64,000 bases of DNA, taken from the NCBI GenBank assembly GCA_965113315.1, contig OZ220368.1; one strand, given 5' to 3'. The notes beneath the pieces are model-generated. The model did not search any database. It saw only the letters and a program-made list of their open reading frames with translations, and had not been told where the DNA came from. This document shows, one piece after another, positions 11,679-24,760 of the stretch (position 1 is its first letter; each line of letters opens with the position of its first letter). Source of the DNA: Podarcis vaucheri. Its lineage: Eukaryota. The translations under genes were made by a program, and so were the position numbers.

Positions 11679-12559
11679 TATCTGGTTGCAACAGGCACAG
11701 ATCACACCATATTATGAAAACAGCTTCTGCTCTGATGGACCCAAAATGGTCTTTGAACTCTGAATTGCATTTCAGACAGCAGTTATTATAAAATACCAGC
11801 CTGTGTGCATGGAAGTTGGAAAGGCACTGTTACACACACCCCCCGACTCATTTATCCTTTAGTCAGCCCTCATTTCATATAGTATATATCTAAAGAAGCT
11901 TTCAAATTACAAGATTCTAGTTGACTGATAAAACTGACATTTGCTCAGAAAGCTCACTTTGACACAAAATAGTTTTACTGTTTGTAATGTATTAATGAAA
12001 GGAATTATTTTGTTATGTTCTGTTATTTAAAGACTGATGTATTAGTTCACTTGACACAATGCCATCACTACTAGCTTACATCTTATAATTGAGCCTGGCA
12101 ACATGCTGCAAAAAAATTGGGCTGCTATTCAAATGTCTGCCCTTGGATTTCATTTCCATCAGGGTCAGTCCTGTGCCCCTAACTTCTGCTAGTTGACTGT
12201 ATCTGTCTAGTATGGATGCCAGATTCTGTGAACCAGAAAACAGCTCATACTTATCTCTCATGCTGTTATGGGTGGGAATGGTGGTGGCCAAATATTCTTA
12301 GGCTTCATCTAGATAGCAGATTCTCACAATATAATGTAGCAGAGAAAGAAAGAGAAAGTTCAAGGTGGCATAGGGATTTGTTCAACTATCTTGACATAAT
12401 CTGTTATTTACCTGTGTTTACCCATTTATCCCATGGTGTTGAAACTGTGTGTTGCCATCAAAAAAACATTCCATCTGGAATACACTAATGTATCACATGC
12501 ATTGAATCATATACTGTACTTCTGTGCAATTAAATTTTTTAGCTGTGTTTTGCCTAAAT

Positions 12560-13335
12560 CAAGAACACATTGGGTCAAACAAAGGGTCCATCTAGTCCAA
12601 CATCCTATATACATCAATGATCAGCCAGATGCCTCCAGAAGACCCACAAGAAAGGCATGAAAGTGATGTCCTTCCCATAACACTTGTTGTCGGCATCCTG
12701 TATGCAGAAGCATACTGTCATTCTCTAAATAATATAGTATGCATAGAGATTGAGGGAGACTTGAGGTTTGTCAGGGAACGATGAGAACCAACTGCTGTCA
12801 TGCTTCCAAAGACCTCAAGGGCCTTGCTCATTTTATTTCTAATTCCTTTCTAATAATCTCTAGCATTGAATCTACCTTTTTCACTGCCACTTCAGTCATA
12901 CATTCAATTATTTCATTAAACTATCCACACAAATTCTTACCAAGGTCACTTTCTTGGATAATCACAGTCAGTATACAGTGGTACCTCAGGTTACATACGC
13001 TTCAGGTTACAGACGCTTCAGGTTACGGACTCCATTAACCCAGAAATAGTGCTTCAGGTTAAGGACTTTGCTTCAGGATGAGAACAGAAATCATGCTCCG
13101 GCGGCGTGGAGGCAGCAGGAGGCCCCATTAGCTAAAGTGGTGCTTCAGGTTAAGAACAGTTTCAGGTTAAGAATGGACCTCCGGAACGAATTAAGTACTT
13201 AACCGGAGGTAGCACTGTACACATGCAAAGTTAGGATTCTGTGCCTAACATTGTAACATCCCTTACTTTCACTTTCTTACATTCAATCTCATTTGCTATT
13301 TTGTTGCCCATTCGCCAAGTCTGTTTAGGTTTTAC
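12560..13335 (-). mobile_element. Old CR1-type LINE fragment(s), interrupted by a Tigger-like MITE
   Basis: 3' UTR-like 'aagaacacattgggtcaaac...ccatctagtccaacatcct...ccagatgcc' and ORF2-like 'atctcatttgctattttgttgcccattcgccaagt'; degenerate. Confidence 0.55.
12976..13217 (+). mobile_element. pogo/Tigger-like MITE (second family)
   Basis: TA|CAGTGGTACCTCAGGTTA ... TAACCGGAGGTAGCACTG|TA; internal GCTTCAGGTTA repeats; inverted copy at 32815-33040. Confidence 0.92.
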
Positions 13336-15984
13336 CTAATTCCATTGATTTTAGTGTGTCTAAGAGCAGATAACTAATGTTGGATATCACAAATGTTTAC
13401 CATATTGTCTCTGTTCATATATTTGTTGGCCCTGATGACTGGAGGTTGGTGAAGTAAGCTTGAGTTTCTATTTGTTTGATCATCCAAACTTGAATAATGG
13501 TGCCTACCAATCTGTTTGGCAATCAAGTTGCAGGCTGAGCTATCATACTCACCAACTACCCTAGGTGGAGTGGGGTGGGCAGAAGTTGCTGCAAACTATG
13601 CCAGAATAATGTCCATCAAATCCTATACTCACCCAGAACAGGAGGAAGAAAACACACCACTCTAAACAGCACACAGCAGAGCAAAAATGACAGGCACCAC
13701 CCAACACTCATGGCAGCACTTGTGGTACCACTCAAGCACAGGCCTTTGCAGCAATGATGCCCCTATGCCCCTTAGACATGGAAGGAGCCAGTGCACTGGC
13801 ACTGATGTGAGTTCACTCCCATGCCAACTTCCTGCCCTAACTTACTTCATGACTATGTACAGAAGGAAATATAACAGAGTTAGTTGGAACCCTATGGTGA
13901 TGGCTGATGCAGGAGTATCCCAACCTGCCCTTCTCTGCTACAAAGGGCATGATGCATGTTGTAGCTTGATTGGATCTAAGTTATAGCATACAGTAAGCAT
14001 AATTGCATATCACTAGCCTTCCCTTAAAATGAGCTGGCAATTTTCATGTAAAGAAACATACATTCCATTATTTCTTTAAATAAGGAGATTGAACTCTCAA
14101 CAGAAGTGAAAACAGACCATATGCCTTCTCTTTGAGTATCCCTTGGCACTGAGGTTCTGGCATTGCGCTACTTGGCGTCAGAGCCAGCAAAAGATGTTTA
14201 ATGGCTTTCAGACTCCAAAATGAGCTCTGCAGCCATGTGTGTCCCTCTCCAGTTGTCGGAGGAGATGAGCTTGAATTACAGCTCAGCCTCTGCTGCCAAA
14301 TGCTCTCCATTATTCCAGCAGACCAGGTTGCCAAGGAGGATTTATGGTCCTTTTAACTCAATATCTGTTGATGGAGCAGCAGCGGATTATCCAGACTGTA
14401 TACCAGAGATTCTTATCAATGGAGCAAGTCTCTTGAAAATTAGGAAGATAATCAAGTCTGTGACTAACTCATTGGTAATTGGCATCACTTGGAACATAGT
14501 TAAACAGAAAAAATATGAACTGTATAGCTGGAAGAAATGGCTTTCTTTCCCATGTAGATTAATGCTTCTCACTGATCAGAAACTTATTTTCTCATTCAGA
14601 TTTTGCTCTTAATTCTAGGGGCTCTGCCCCCCCCATTTGAAATATTTTTGCAGTACAACAGTTCTTACAGTTGGGGATGGTACAGCTAATTACAATTTAG
14701 TATTTTATAAATCAGTTGCTAGCTGAAGTGAAGTGGATTTGCCTGTTGCCAATAGCAATGAACTAGCTCTTGAATATATTAGGCTTTATATTCTTGTGAG
14801 TAAAGGGAAGTAAACATTTTAATTCCCATCTAACATAGCCACTCTTTTACATAGTGGCAGGGGATACAGTATTTTTTTCATTTTAACATTTAGTGAAGAA
14901 ATGTAGTGGGTCAGCATAATGGGGCAACCAAGATTCACATTCAAAAACATTTCTTCTTCTTCCAGTGTTTTGGTTATACCCAGTGAAAGAAGCTTGATTT
15001 TTAGGGGGGAAATGATTATGTGGAGCAACCCACTAATGAATGCATAATTCCAGGTGCAAGTCTATTTGCTAGCCTTTTATTACCCTCTGAGCCACTCCCA
15101 CTTCTTGGCATAATTAGATCATTTGTAATCACCTTTAGTCATTGATTTCTTTGAGTATTGATTGCACCTCAAGCAATTCTAAGGCCACCTCAGCCTGGTT
15201 TTGTGAAGCAGGACTGTCCCATATGAGCAGTTAGTGCATCCAGGAGGAACACTTGCACCATGGGAGAGAAAGCTGTGCATCCTCAGCTCAGCTCATGTGG
15301 AGAATCAGGCATGCTAGAAGCAGAGCCCAGAGAACTTCAAGTGAGGGAGGTGGCCTTTCAGTTATGCTAGACAGCTGTTTGGCCTCATGCAATTAAGTGT
15401 GTTTTGCCGCATGCCAGTGTAGTCAATCAGAGCCCTTGTGATATGAATGAAAACATGTTATGGAATTATGGGCAGATGCTCAGTTCACTTCTGGTACTCA
15501 TGTTCTATGTTTGAGGCTGGCATTGAAAGGTTGCCATGAGAAGACTTGGAAAGTACAGATTGTATAGTCATATATAGTAGTATAATCTCTTGCCCGCGTT
15601 TGTCATTACTGGTTTTACTGAAACGAATGAATAAACAAATGAGTTGAGATTACAAAACCTATTGGTGGATTTATCAGCAGCATCACCCCATCTCAAGTGC
15701 AACTGGGCAAATCTCTGCCTGTATTTTTAGATCCAAAAGCATGTAAGTAGAACTAGAACAGGGAGAGTTGCAATACAGAGGCGAGGATGTCACTTTCAGG
15801 AAGGAATACCACCAAAAGCAGCAGCGTTTGTGTTGCCAGATTAAATGGAAGATCGTGGTATAAAGATACAAATAGTCCTGCTGACCTTTAACCAAAGGAC
15901 AAACATGATCATAATAAAATAATAATAGGGAAATGACAGCATTGCCTATGTTGGTGTGTAATTTACAATCCAGTAAAAAGATAG

Positions 15985-16336
15985 GTAAAGGTAAAGGGAC
16001 CCCGACCATTAGGTCCAGTCATGACCGATTCTGGGGTTGTGGCGCTCATCTCGATTTATTGGCCAAGGAAGACGGCGTGCAGCTTCTGGGTCATGTGGCC
16101 GGCATGACTAAACCGCTTCTGGCGAACCAGAGCAGCACACGGAAACACAGTTTACCTTCCTGCCGGAGCAGTACCTATTTATCTACCTACACTTTGACGT
16201 GCTTTCAAGCTGCTAGGTTGGCAGGAGCTGGGACTGAACGATGGGAGCTCACCCCATTGCGGGGATTTGAACCGCCGACCTTCTGATCCGCAAGTCCTAG
16301 GCTCCGTGGTTTAACCCACAGCTCCACCCACATCCC
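15985..16336 (-). mobile_element. Sauria SINE (Squam1), full length
   Basis: On the minus strand: tRNA-like head GGGATGTGGGTGGAGCTGTGGGTTAAACC...GGTTCAAATCC and an (ACCTTT)n tail; TSD cagtaaaaagatag (15971-15984) / cagcaaaaagatag (16339-16352). Confidence 0.93.
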
Positions 16337-16616
16337 TTCAGCAAAAAGATAGAAAGTAATAAAATTGAGCTCTGTTTTCAGTTGTCTTTACCCACCCACA
16401 AGAGCATCTCAAGAATTAAAAAAGTATTCCTCTGAGTAAGGGTGGCTGGAAATACCTGAACACTAGTTTCAATATCAGAAATTGCTCTAAATAACTGATT
16501 GTTTAACATGCATGATTCCTAGTAAAACGGATGTCCCAACCTTTGTAAGAAGAAAACAACAAGTATTCATGTGGAAAGATTTTTGTAGCCAGATCTGTGT
16601 GTGTTTAAAGTCTGTG

Positions 16617-16667
16617 TTCCCTAAGACTTCAGAGTGTTTAAAAAACACACTCTGAAGTCTTAGGGAA
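16617..16667. repeat. Perfect inverted repeat: 21-bp stem, 9-nt loop
   Basis: TTCCCTAAGACTTCAGAGTGT-ttaaaaaac-ACACTCTGAAGTCTTAGGGAA. Confidence 0.95.
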
Positions 16668-17454
16668 ACGACATTGCTTTCAAGGTATGAGGAATCCTAT
16701 CACAGAATATGTGTGCTTTTTCTTAGCAATCTAATAAAGTCACATAGGGAATTTGCATTCATACTTCCTGTTCCTACTAGAGTTTTGAATGCTTCAGAGA
16801 GTCCTTTATGATGCTGAAATAATGACATATTCGATCCCCTTCTGCTTTTCTGTGATTTAATAATGGCAGCCTTGTAAGAAGGCGTCATTTATAAATAATT
16901 CAGCATCACCACGAAAAATGTATTTTAATCCAAACTTGATTGTTTGATAATAGGAGCATCATTATAGGAGCAACATACAACAACTTTAAAGTATATCTTA
17001 ATTGGGGGCTCATGTGAGCTTGGAAGGCCAAAGGAGAACCAGCAAAGGTCTGCAATTGGACTGGGGTAGTGGAGCAGAGACCTTGCAAATCAGAGGGAGC
17101 TGTCCAGTGCAAGGCACATAACTGTCCTCTCCAGATGCACAGACTGTAGGTGAGAATTCGTATAGCAGAGTTCACTGCAAAAATCACAAAGGTGTTGGAG
17201 ATCCAGACCAAGCCATTTTACATCTAGCTGCAGGACCATATCTCTGACCTTCTCTTTCTGAAGCACTTTCTGATAGTGATGGGTGAAGTCCCCTTAGCTT
17301 GAATTGGATGGTGGTTGATTTGTGAGAGTTTGGGGAGAAGTTCAGCTGTTTCTCCAGAGTTCTTGGGATAATGGTGCTTGAATCACAGTAGAGCTTAGCA
17401 TTTCCAGTCTGGAAAGATACATATTTCAGCTGAGGCAATTAATTTTTTGGCAGC

Positions 17455-17850
17455 TAGGGATGGAGGAGAAATTCAGTTTGGCTTTTATTTCATGGCAAAT
17501 CTTTCAAATTTGCACATTCTGAAACAATATGAGAACCAAAACACAGCCATCCCAATTTTTCAATGCAGTTTTGCAACCAAACAGGTTTTTTTAATATATA
17601 TATATATGCATATATGAGGGGGAAAGGATGCATAAATATGAATATATTGGTGAAATGGAACATACAAAAATCCATTATATGTGGGGAAATTGCTTCCAAC
17701 TGCATTTAGAAGTATGTTATTAGGAAATATTTGCACTAAAATTCTGATGGTTTTTATGAGGATTAAAAAAAATACATTTCACAAATTGTGGAGAACTAAA
17801 TTTAACATTAGCAAAATGAGAAGATGAGAGAACTCAAACTGGCAAATAAG
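17455..17850 (+). mobile_element. AT-rich dispersed repeat (probable non-autonomous hAT, TAGGGATG terminus)
   Basis: Homologous to 63660-64000 (+) and ~47030-47200 (-), sharing 'gaaattca...ttcacatttaaagg' and 'gcatacaaaaat...ggagaaattg'. Confidence 0.6.
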
Positions 17851-18139
17851 CCTGCACAGCACTAGAGTTATTCTCCCTGGGGAACATCACAACCATAGAC
17901 TGATCAATTTGTCTTTTCTGTTCCTGGCATACAAAGGGGTGAGTCTGGATCTTGGCGGCAGTGTCACCCTAGGAATGGTGGGAGTGCTCATTCTGCGCTA
18001 AGTGCATTAGCAGTACCTCATTATCGTTATCAAGGAAAGGTTGGTGGACACTGCTCTGGGGTGGAGGGGGACAGAGGATCCTGCAGGGCTGTTGAGTTGA
18101 CTAGTGGCTTCCCTAAGCTTGTTGAAATGTTGGCTCTTA

Positions 18140-18423
18140 TGATGAAGCTTAGAATGTCGAGATTTTATAGAGAGAAAGGGTTGCAGTAATATAAGATTAG
18201 ATTAAGAAAGGACTATGATGAATTAGGACGGGAAAAAACATTTACAAGTTGCTATAAAAATTTGGACATGAGGATGCAGAAAGGGGAGGTATGGGGAAGT
18301 CCGAGGAAAGAAGTTTATGAAAGGACATTATGAAATTATATTTGTTTGTTTGTCTGTTTTTTTTATGTTTGTCTGTTATAAAAACTTTTGTAAAACCAAT
18401 AAAAATTTTATAAAAAAAAAAAA
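18140..18423 (+). mobile_element. 5'-truncated L1-type retroinsertion (3' UTR plus poly-A)
   Basis: Perfect 16-bp TSD GAAATGTTGGCTCTTA (18124-18139, 18424-18439); AATAAA at 18398-18403; poly-A at 18412-18423; TT/GAAA endonuclease-like site. Confidence 0.85.
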
Positions 18424-21400
18424 GAAATGTTGGCTCTTAAATACAGAAGTTTCTCCAGCGCCTCATAAAAAACTCTGAATATTATTTAGACTCGCAGAAG
18501 ATGTGCCCACACATTTTATTATTCCTTTGGTATGTTCTGAATTTGTATAACTTTACAAACTATTGCACTACAATCTATTTATACTTTTTCTTTTTTAAAA
18601 ACCCCCCACAATCCAAGTGCTGAGGATTAAAAAGGCACTTTTACATGGATCCAAATTTCTATAATACATTATAATATTATTTGACTGTAGTTTTGTTATT
18701 ATGAATCCATTAACCAGATACTAATAAATGCCATTGTTAATAATCATTACAACGTATAGAGTTTTTACTCCAGTTTACTGCATGTTGTGAATGTATATGA
18801 AAAAACAGTACAGAAACCCAATTTTAACTGCTGTGAATGTATATACATAATATCAGCTGTGAAGTTACCCTCATGGCATATGACTGACAACCTAAATAAC
18901 TGATTAACATACAATCTTTAACACTGCCTGAGTCTGTGTGCTATTTAGTGGGCACCACTTTGTGTCAGCAGTTCAACTGCATTTTGCATTTAAGGTGAAA
19001 CCTTGGCTTCCTAGGTACTGTATTTAACAGGTTGAGCAACATTCAGCACTCAGGACACATTGAAAGCATATTTCAAGCTGCAGTTCTCAAGATAACATGC
19101 TCATCCAAATGTACATATGATTAACCTAACTTGCATACAGTTTGCATGTATTTGGTCAAAATGCCAGAAGAATCTAACTTCTACTTTTCCTGGGTTCACT
19201 TTGTTGCTGTGGCTAAGAAGGTATCCTTGTTCACAACTTGCTTGTATGTCCATTCTGGAAAGATTGACAATCTTTCAGACTGGTATTTTTGCTTTGGCAA
19301 TCATGAGTAGTAATTCTATCCCCACTCCCAGAAATATAGCAGTTGTGCAGGTGTACCTGGGTTTTAAGAAGCTCACCGTGCTTCCTGATTTCACCAGCGT
19401 TGGTAAACAAAACAACATATCCTAAACACCAGAGCTTTGTTGCTGATGTGTTTTTCAGTAGAGTGTTGTTGTTTTTGCAACACAGCAGCAGCTGGGCATA
19501 TGGTGGACAGGCAACAATGGATGAGGGAAGGAGGCTGCTGGGCCCATTACAGGTAGTGAAAGCAGCTCCTCTGCTGGAGGTGTGCGACCAGGATTTGAGA
19601 CAAGGCATGTGTGGCTATCAGCCCCTCTGTACCTGCATATTGTCAAACACTAAATGCAATTACCGCAACCCATCTCATTCATGCAAAAGCAACAGTAGTG
19701 ATCTTATGCCTCTTAAGTTATTTGACCCAAACAGCATAGAAAGTTTTGAGAAGTGGTTACCACAAATTGAGAACTTTTTCTATGTGAGGACAGAGTTGTA
19801 CTGGGAGGAAAGTGGCAGCTATACTGGGGGCTGCCATGTTTGGTAGGGCTGATATTTTAACCAAGGATATCCTGGAATTACACAACATCTATGCCAGTTG
19901 TATGTGTGTGGGGGTGCTGGTTGACTCTTAGCAGCCACCGAGAGGAGTTCTGTTGTGGTTGTTAAACAATGCCCCAATGACAATGATGAGGTTAACCCCA
20001 AACTCTTTAAAGATTTACCTTCTGAAAAATCCCCTCAGTTTGCTGCCTGCAAATGGGATGGCAAACCATGGGCACATTTTTTCAGTTAGTCCTCGTTGAG
20101 TAGCAACCACAGGGAATCATTCAGGTTCAATAAATTGTTCATAATGTCATGTGATGAAGTTTTTATTTGTAGGATTTAACAAGTGGCATCGGCAACAAAA
20201 TGTTCCTCTTCATGATAAGCTGGCTGGAATCCTGCCCTTTTTCAGGATACCTCATTCCACTCCCCCCCCCCATTTTTCTTTAATCTTCCATCAGTCAGTG
20301 TTCTGTAGTCACTGAACATGTTCAGTCCTCATTGGGCTTTGTTTTGTTTTCATCCTCCTCTGAAGACTTTTCTTTCTAAAGATTATTATTTTTTGTCATT
20401 CTGCAAACCTTGGGGTTCCCTTGAGCCCGCTGATATGTCCCCTTTTGTGTACAAATGGATGGCACCATTTTGGCTACATACAAACTAACACTTGGAGAAT
20501 CAAATCACTATTACTTTCTCTGATGAATGATTGATAAATTAGCAAAAAAAAATTTAAAAATGTTTCTATCGTCCTAGATGATTATTTGCAAAGATGGGAA
20601 ACCTATACTGAGAAAAGAAATCCTTCACTGTATAATATATCTGAACCTTGGGAATCATTTCATGCCTCTGAAATCCTACATGATAGCTATGTGGCAAATT
20701 TGTTCTTAGTGATCTATCCATTAGATCAATAGTGCAGTAAAAGTTGTCTCAATACACCCTTTCAATTCCATATAAAAGTGTCAAAAACTATTCCCCCAGT
20801 GTTCAGTGTGGCAGTAAATATTATATTATAGGAGGCATAAAGATTTATTCTCTTGCCCAGCACAATACTGTATTAGTATTACACATGGTGATCATTGAAG
20901 GAAGTGAGAGAGTTGAGATTCCACTCGTATGAATCCATTCAGTCTGGGCCAACCATGGCAGTCTGGAAAGAAACTTTATTATCACCACTTTTGTCTCCAA
21001 CAATTCTTATCCATTGTGGCAATGGGATAGTTTGGCACCAAGCATCTGGCTTAGACTCAATGCAGCATCCTTCTGCTGCAAAGCACAAGGGCAAGCACAC
21101 TGCCCGAGAAGCACCATGCCACCCTCTTGGGCCAGGTAAAGTACTCTAGATGAGTGGGTTGCAGGTAAGTTGGGGCTGTGAGTATTTGCTTAAGGAATTG
21201 ATGGTTTACTGGTGGTACAGATAAAGACGGTATTGGAATGGGTGTGTATATTTGGACTGTCTTTCCATGGATATGGTCGTATCCAGCTTCCAACAAGAAC
21301 CAAATGGTTCAGCTTAGTAAGATGAAGTATGGTGGTTTGTGCCTTAGAAGCCAACTGCCCTTAAAAGGAACTTTTCTAGCTCTCTTAATATATTTCCCTC

Positions 21401-21570
21401 AATTAATAGCTGACGTGTGGAGAGAGGACAGCCAATTATCTCTAGTAGAAACTAAAATTCCAAAATCTTTAAATTGCATTTATAGCACTAGCATGGTAGA
21501 TAAAAGGAAATAGAGAATGCTGGATCAGCAGGATCCAATGGATCACTTCGAAAATGTAAGGGAGGCCAGT

Positions 21571-21750
21571 TAGGAACATAGAAAATTGCTTCATATCAGT
21601 TGAGATTGTTGGTGCATCTTGCTCAGGGTTGTCTACAAGGACTAGTTGTGGCTCTCCAGAGTTCCAGAAGGGGCCTTTTCCATCGCTGCCTGGAGATACC
21701 AGAGATAAAACCTGGACGTTTCTGCTTATAGTGGTCTACCACTGAACTAT
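21571..21750 (-). mobile_element. Squam2-like tRNA SINE
   Basis: Tail 'taggaacatag' at left; head 'cctggagataccag...aacctggac...ctaccactgaacta' at right. Confidence 0.6.
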
Positions 21751-24519
21751 ACTGTAGGCTTTCTCCAAATAGTTCATTCTTACAATGCATTACAGTGGAG
21801 GAATATTACTGTTTTGGTGTGTTTTTTAGCTTTGCCTTCCATGTGTTTGCCTAGTGAAAATTAATATTTTTGCTTGCAGGGTACCATCCTTGTCTTTCAA
21901 GACGTAATATCTGTAGTTTCTTTTTACATGCCTTTTCTAAGTAAGCAGTTTTAACCAGTATGGTTTTCTTGACAAATAGCAAGGTAGTATCACTGCCTCT
22001 TTGAATTATGGGGTACTTTTAATTGTTTCTTGTCTTCAATCAAGCTTTCCTTGAAAGAAGCTAGCAATTGCTTAAAGGTTTATTTTTAAAGCCCATCACC
22101 TTTAATTAGGTCCTGTACACTTCTTTTTCTTTTATACCACCTCTAAATTGTATTCTAAATTGTCAGCACTTTTCAAGTGGAGAGATGCAACCCCTTTGGA
22201 ATGCTACTTTCTTGTTTGAATTAGATTTATTGTTCCTCTTAAAAAAACCAGAATTAAATAATGCAATTATGGTCTGTGCTGGTGGTGTGTATAGAATAGG
22301 GATGAGTATCCAGAAACAGACTTGAAAAAGATAGTTCTGGTTATCCTGTTTCAGGGGCTTATTTTGCACACAACAGCTCAGATGAATAGTCTAGAATGTA
22401 GCATGGAAGGAAGGAGCTCCCAGAATATTGTAGAAGCAACTTCTGTGAACAATCATTTCTGTTTTTCTAGGCTGTGTTGGTGTTAGTTCTCTCCTAATGC
22501 ATAAGACTGCTCATACAAGTAGACTGCTTATGGGAGCTATTAAATTTGCAAATGCATGTGAATCAGCTATATAGTTTCTTTCTTTCATTTCTTTCTGCAG
22601 TTTATGTTAAGAGGCGCAGCTGCAGAATGCCTAGCAAAAACCACAATATTTCCGCTATATTTTGTAGTTGACTTTTTTTCCAGGAAAGGCATTCTAGAAC
22701 TGGCTCTTATTTCTTGTCACAGTTCCCATCTAGGCTCCTTGGACTATCCATAAAACACAGTTGACTGCCAGCTGACCAAATACCCAGAGCACCAGATAAA
22801 GAGCCTTGACTCTTGGATTCAAGTCCCAGCTAAAAAAAAGACTTAATTGGTCTGAGGGCCAGTTTCTTTTTACAGCCTTAGTTCTTTATCATAGGGATTT
22901 TGATGTTTGAGGATGAAAAGATAAAAGATATCCTTAATTCCTGCATTCAAAGACCTGTATAAATAATCCACAATAACTGTAGGTGAATAAACCCATAACC
23001 AAATATGCAAACTGGTACTGGTTCCTAGAGTTCTTCACGTTTATCAGTAAAATATCACAACTCGCAACTAGGTAAACATAAGAGCAATAGGTGGAACCCA
23101 TATCAGTCACTTTGAACCAGGGTTCAGCTTTCGAAATATTTATTTGCTCTGCAACAAAATATTTTGAAAACTACACCCTATGTGTTCTCCCTATTGTTAT
23201 TATGTCAGAATACAAGCTAGCTATCTGCACTCTTTTTGTTGCTTCAGGCTCCCTTCTTGCAAGCAAAGAAGGTGGTACAATGATGCCTGCGATAATATTG
23301 ACACATTTCCAGCCTTGTAACATGGCTGTGCCCTTCAGATATCTGGAAGTGCAACATTCCATAAAGGGAAGTTGAAGAAAATTAATGCTGTGACTGCTCC
23401 CTGTTTTATAGTGGCTAAGAAGGATGACAAGGCACATACCTTTTTGCAACTAGAAAGTACAGCGTTTGTTCAGAATCAGAAGAGCTCCATATAATAACTG
23501 TGCAAGGGGTTTAGCTTTAAACACAGTTTGTTTATTTTCTCAACCATACTCATGAAGATGCTATCAACATGCCAGAGTGTTCAAAACCTTTAATTTATTG
23601 TCTCCATGGATCTGCTTGGGGCTTTATTATTCTCTCTGACTGAACTGATGTAAGTTACATAGCGGTGTGTTGCAGCAAGTTCCTATTGGGCATATAAACT
23701 ACTGGATTTGTCTCCTGATTCCCAAATATCCAAGCTCTTATTTCCATTAACTATTTATTCATATAATTTAAAAACTTAATGTCCAGATGAGAAAGATATC
23801 CCCTCAGAGCAAGTTAATTCGTGCAAGATTAAATCCTCCATTTCTAGTATCTAAGATACATTTCTTTGCAAAATTTAGCAGGTATTGCTATGGGAGCAAG
23901 AAGTTGAGCTACTGCAGTAATTCAGCACAGCCAAATTTTGGATTTTAGTCTTCTTGACATTTGAGTGTAAAAGTCCCCCCACACCCCTTCTTTGCCTACC
24001 GAACTCTGTAGCTTTGGAGGGCAGACACAGATGTGAGTTTTGCTAGAGAACCATTGAGGTATATATATATATACCTCACAATATTTTTTTCCTTAGTAGC
24101 GTGATTCTGAATACTTTTTGTTCCTTTGCATGAGGCTGTCTTTTTGCAAGGATTTGTACCAAAATTGTAACAGTTCTCTCACAATTATATTTCCGTGTTA
24201 GCTGGTACCTTGTATAGGATTGAAGCTTTTGGAGTTCATGTCTAAACAAATGAATACTGGATTGCATTGCTCACATGGAAATGTATGAAATGATTGTGTT
24301 GCCACATATTTATGGACTGTTCAGTAAACTCTTGGATTCATATTTTAAACCTCAAATGATAATATTAAGAAGTTTCAATTACAAGGGGAACACTGCATCA
24401 GAACTTCTACTAGGGCCATTTCACTGAGCAGATTTTGTAATTAAGAACCAGATTCTAAGTTCAAAATGCATGTGGCATGGCAACATTAGTTGTTAAGGGT
24501 GCTCCTGTATAAAGGAAGT

Positions 24520-24760
24520 GCTGGAGTACATGCTTTGGATGAAGAAGGTATAAGTTCCAGTCTGCGGCATCTCCATTTAAGAGGATCTAAGGTAGCCAGC
24601 CTGGGAAAGACCTGCTACCTGAGTCCTTAGACAAAGGCCACAGTTAAGTGATAGAACACATGGTTTGCATGCAGGAGGTCTCAAGCTTAATCCCTGGCAT
24701 CTCCTGGTAGGACTGGACTGGTGGCCGAAACCCTGGAAACCTACTGCCAGTCAGTGGGTT
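24520..24760 (+). mobile_element. Two adjacent Squam2-like SINE fragments
   Basis: Two tRNA-like heads ('tgctttggatgaagaagg...ggcatctcc' and 'ggtttgcatgcaggaggtc...ccctggcatctcc') followed by 'gaaaccctggaaac..ctgccagtcagtg'. Confidence 0.55.

Noticed and set aside
19378-19422. 45-nt minus-strand exon candidate (YVVLFTNAGEIRKH)
   Set aside because: Weak, A-rich acceptor region and no recognisable protein family
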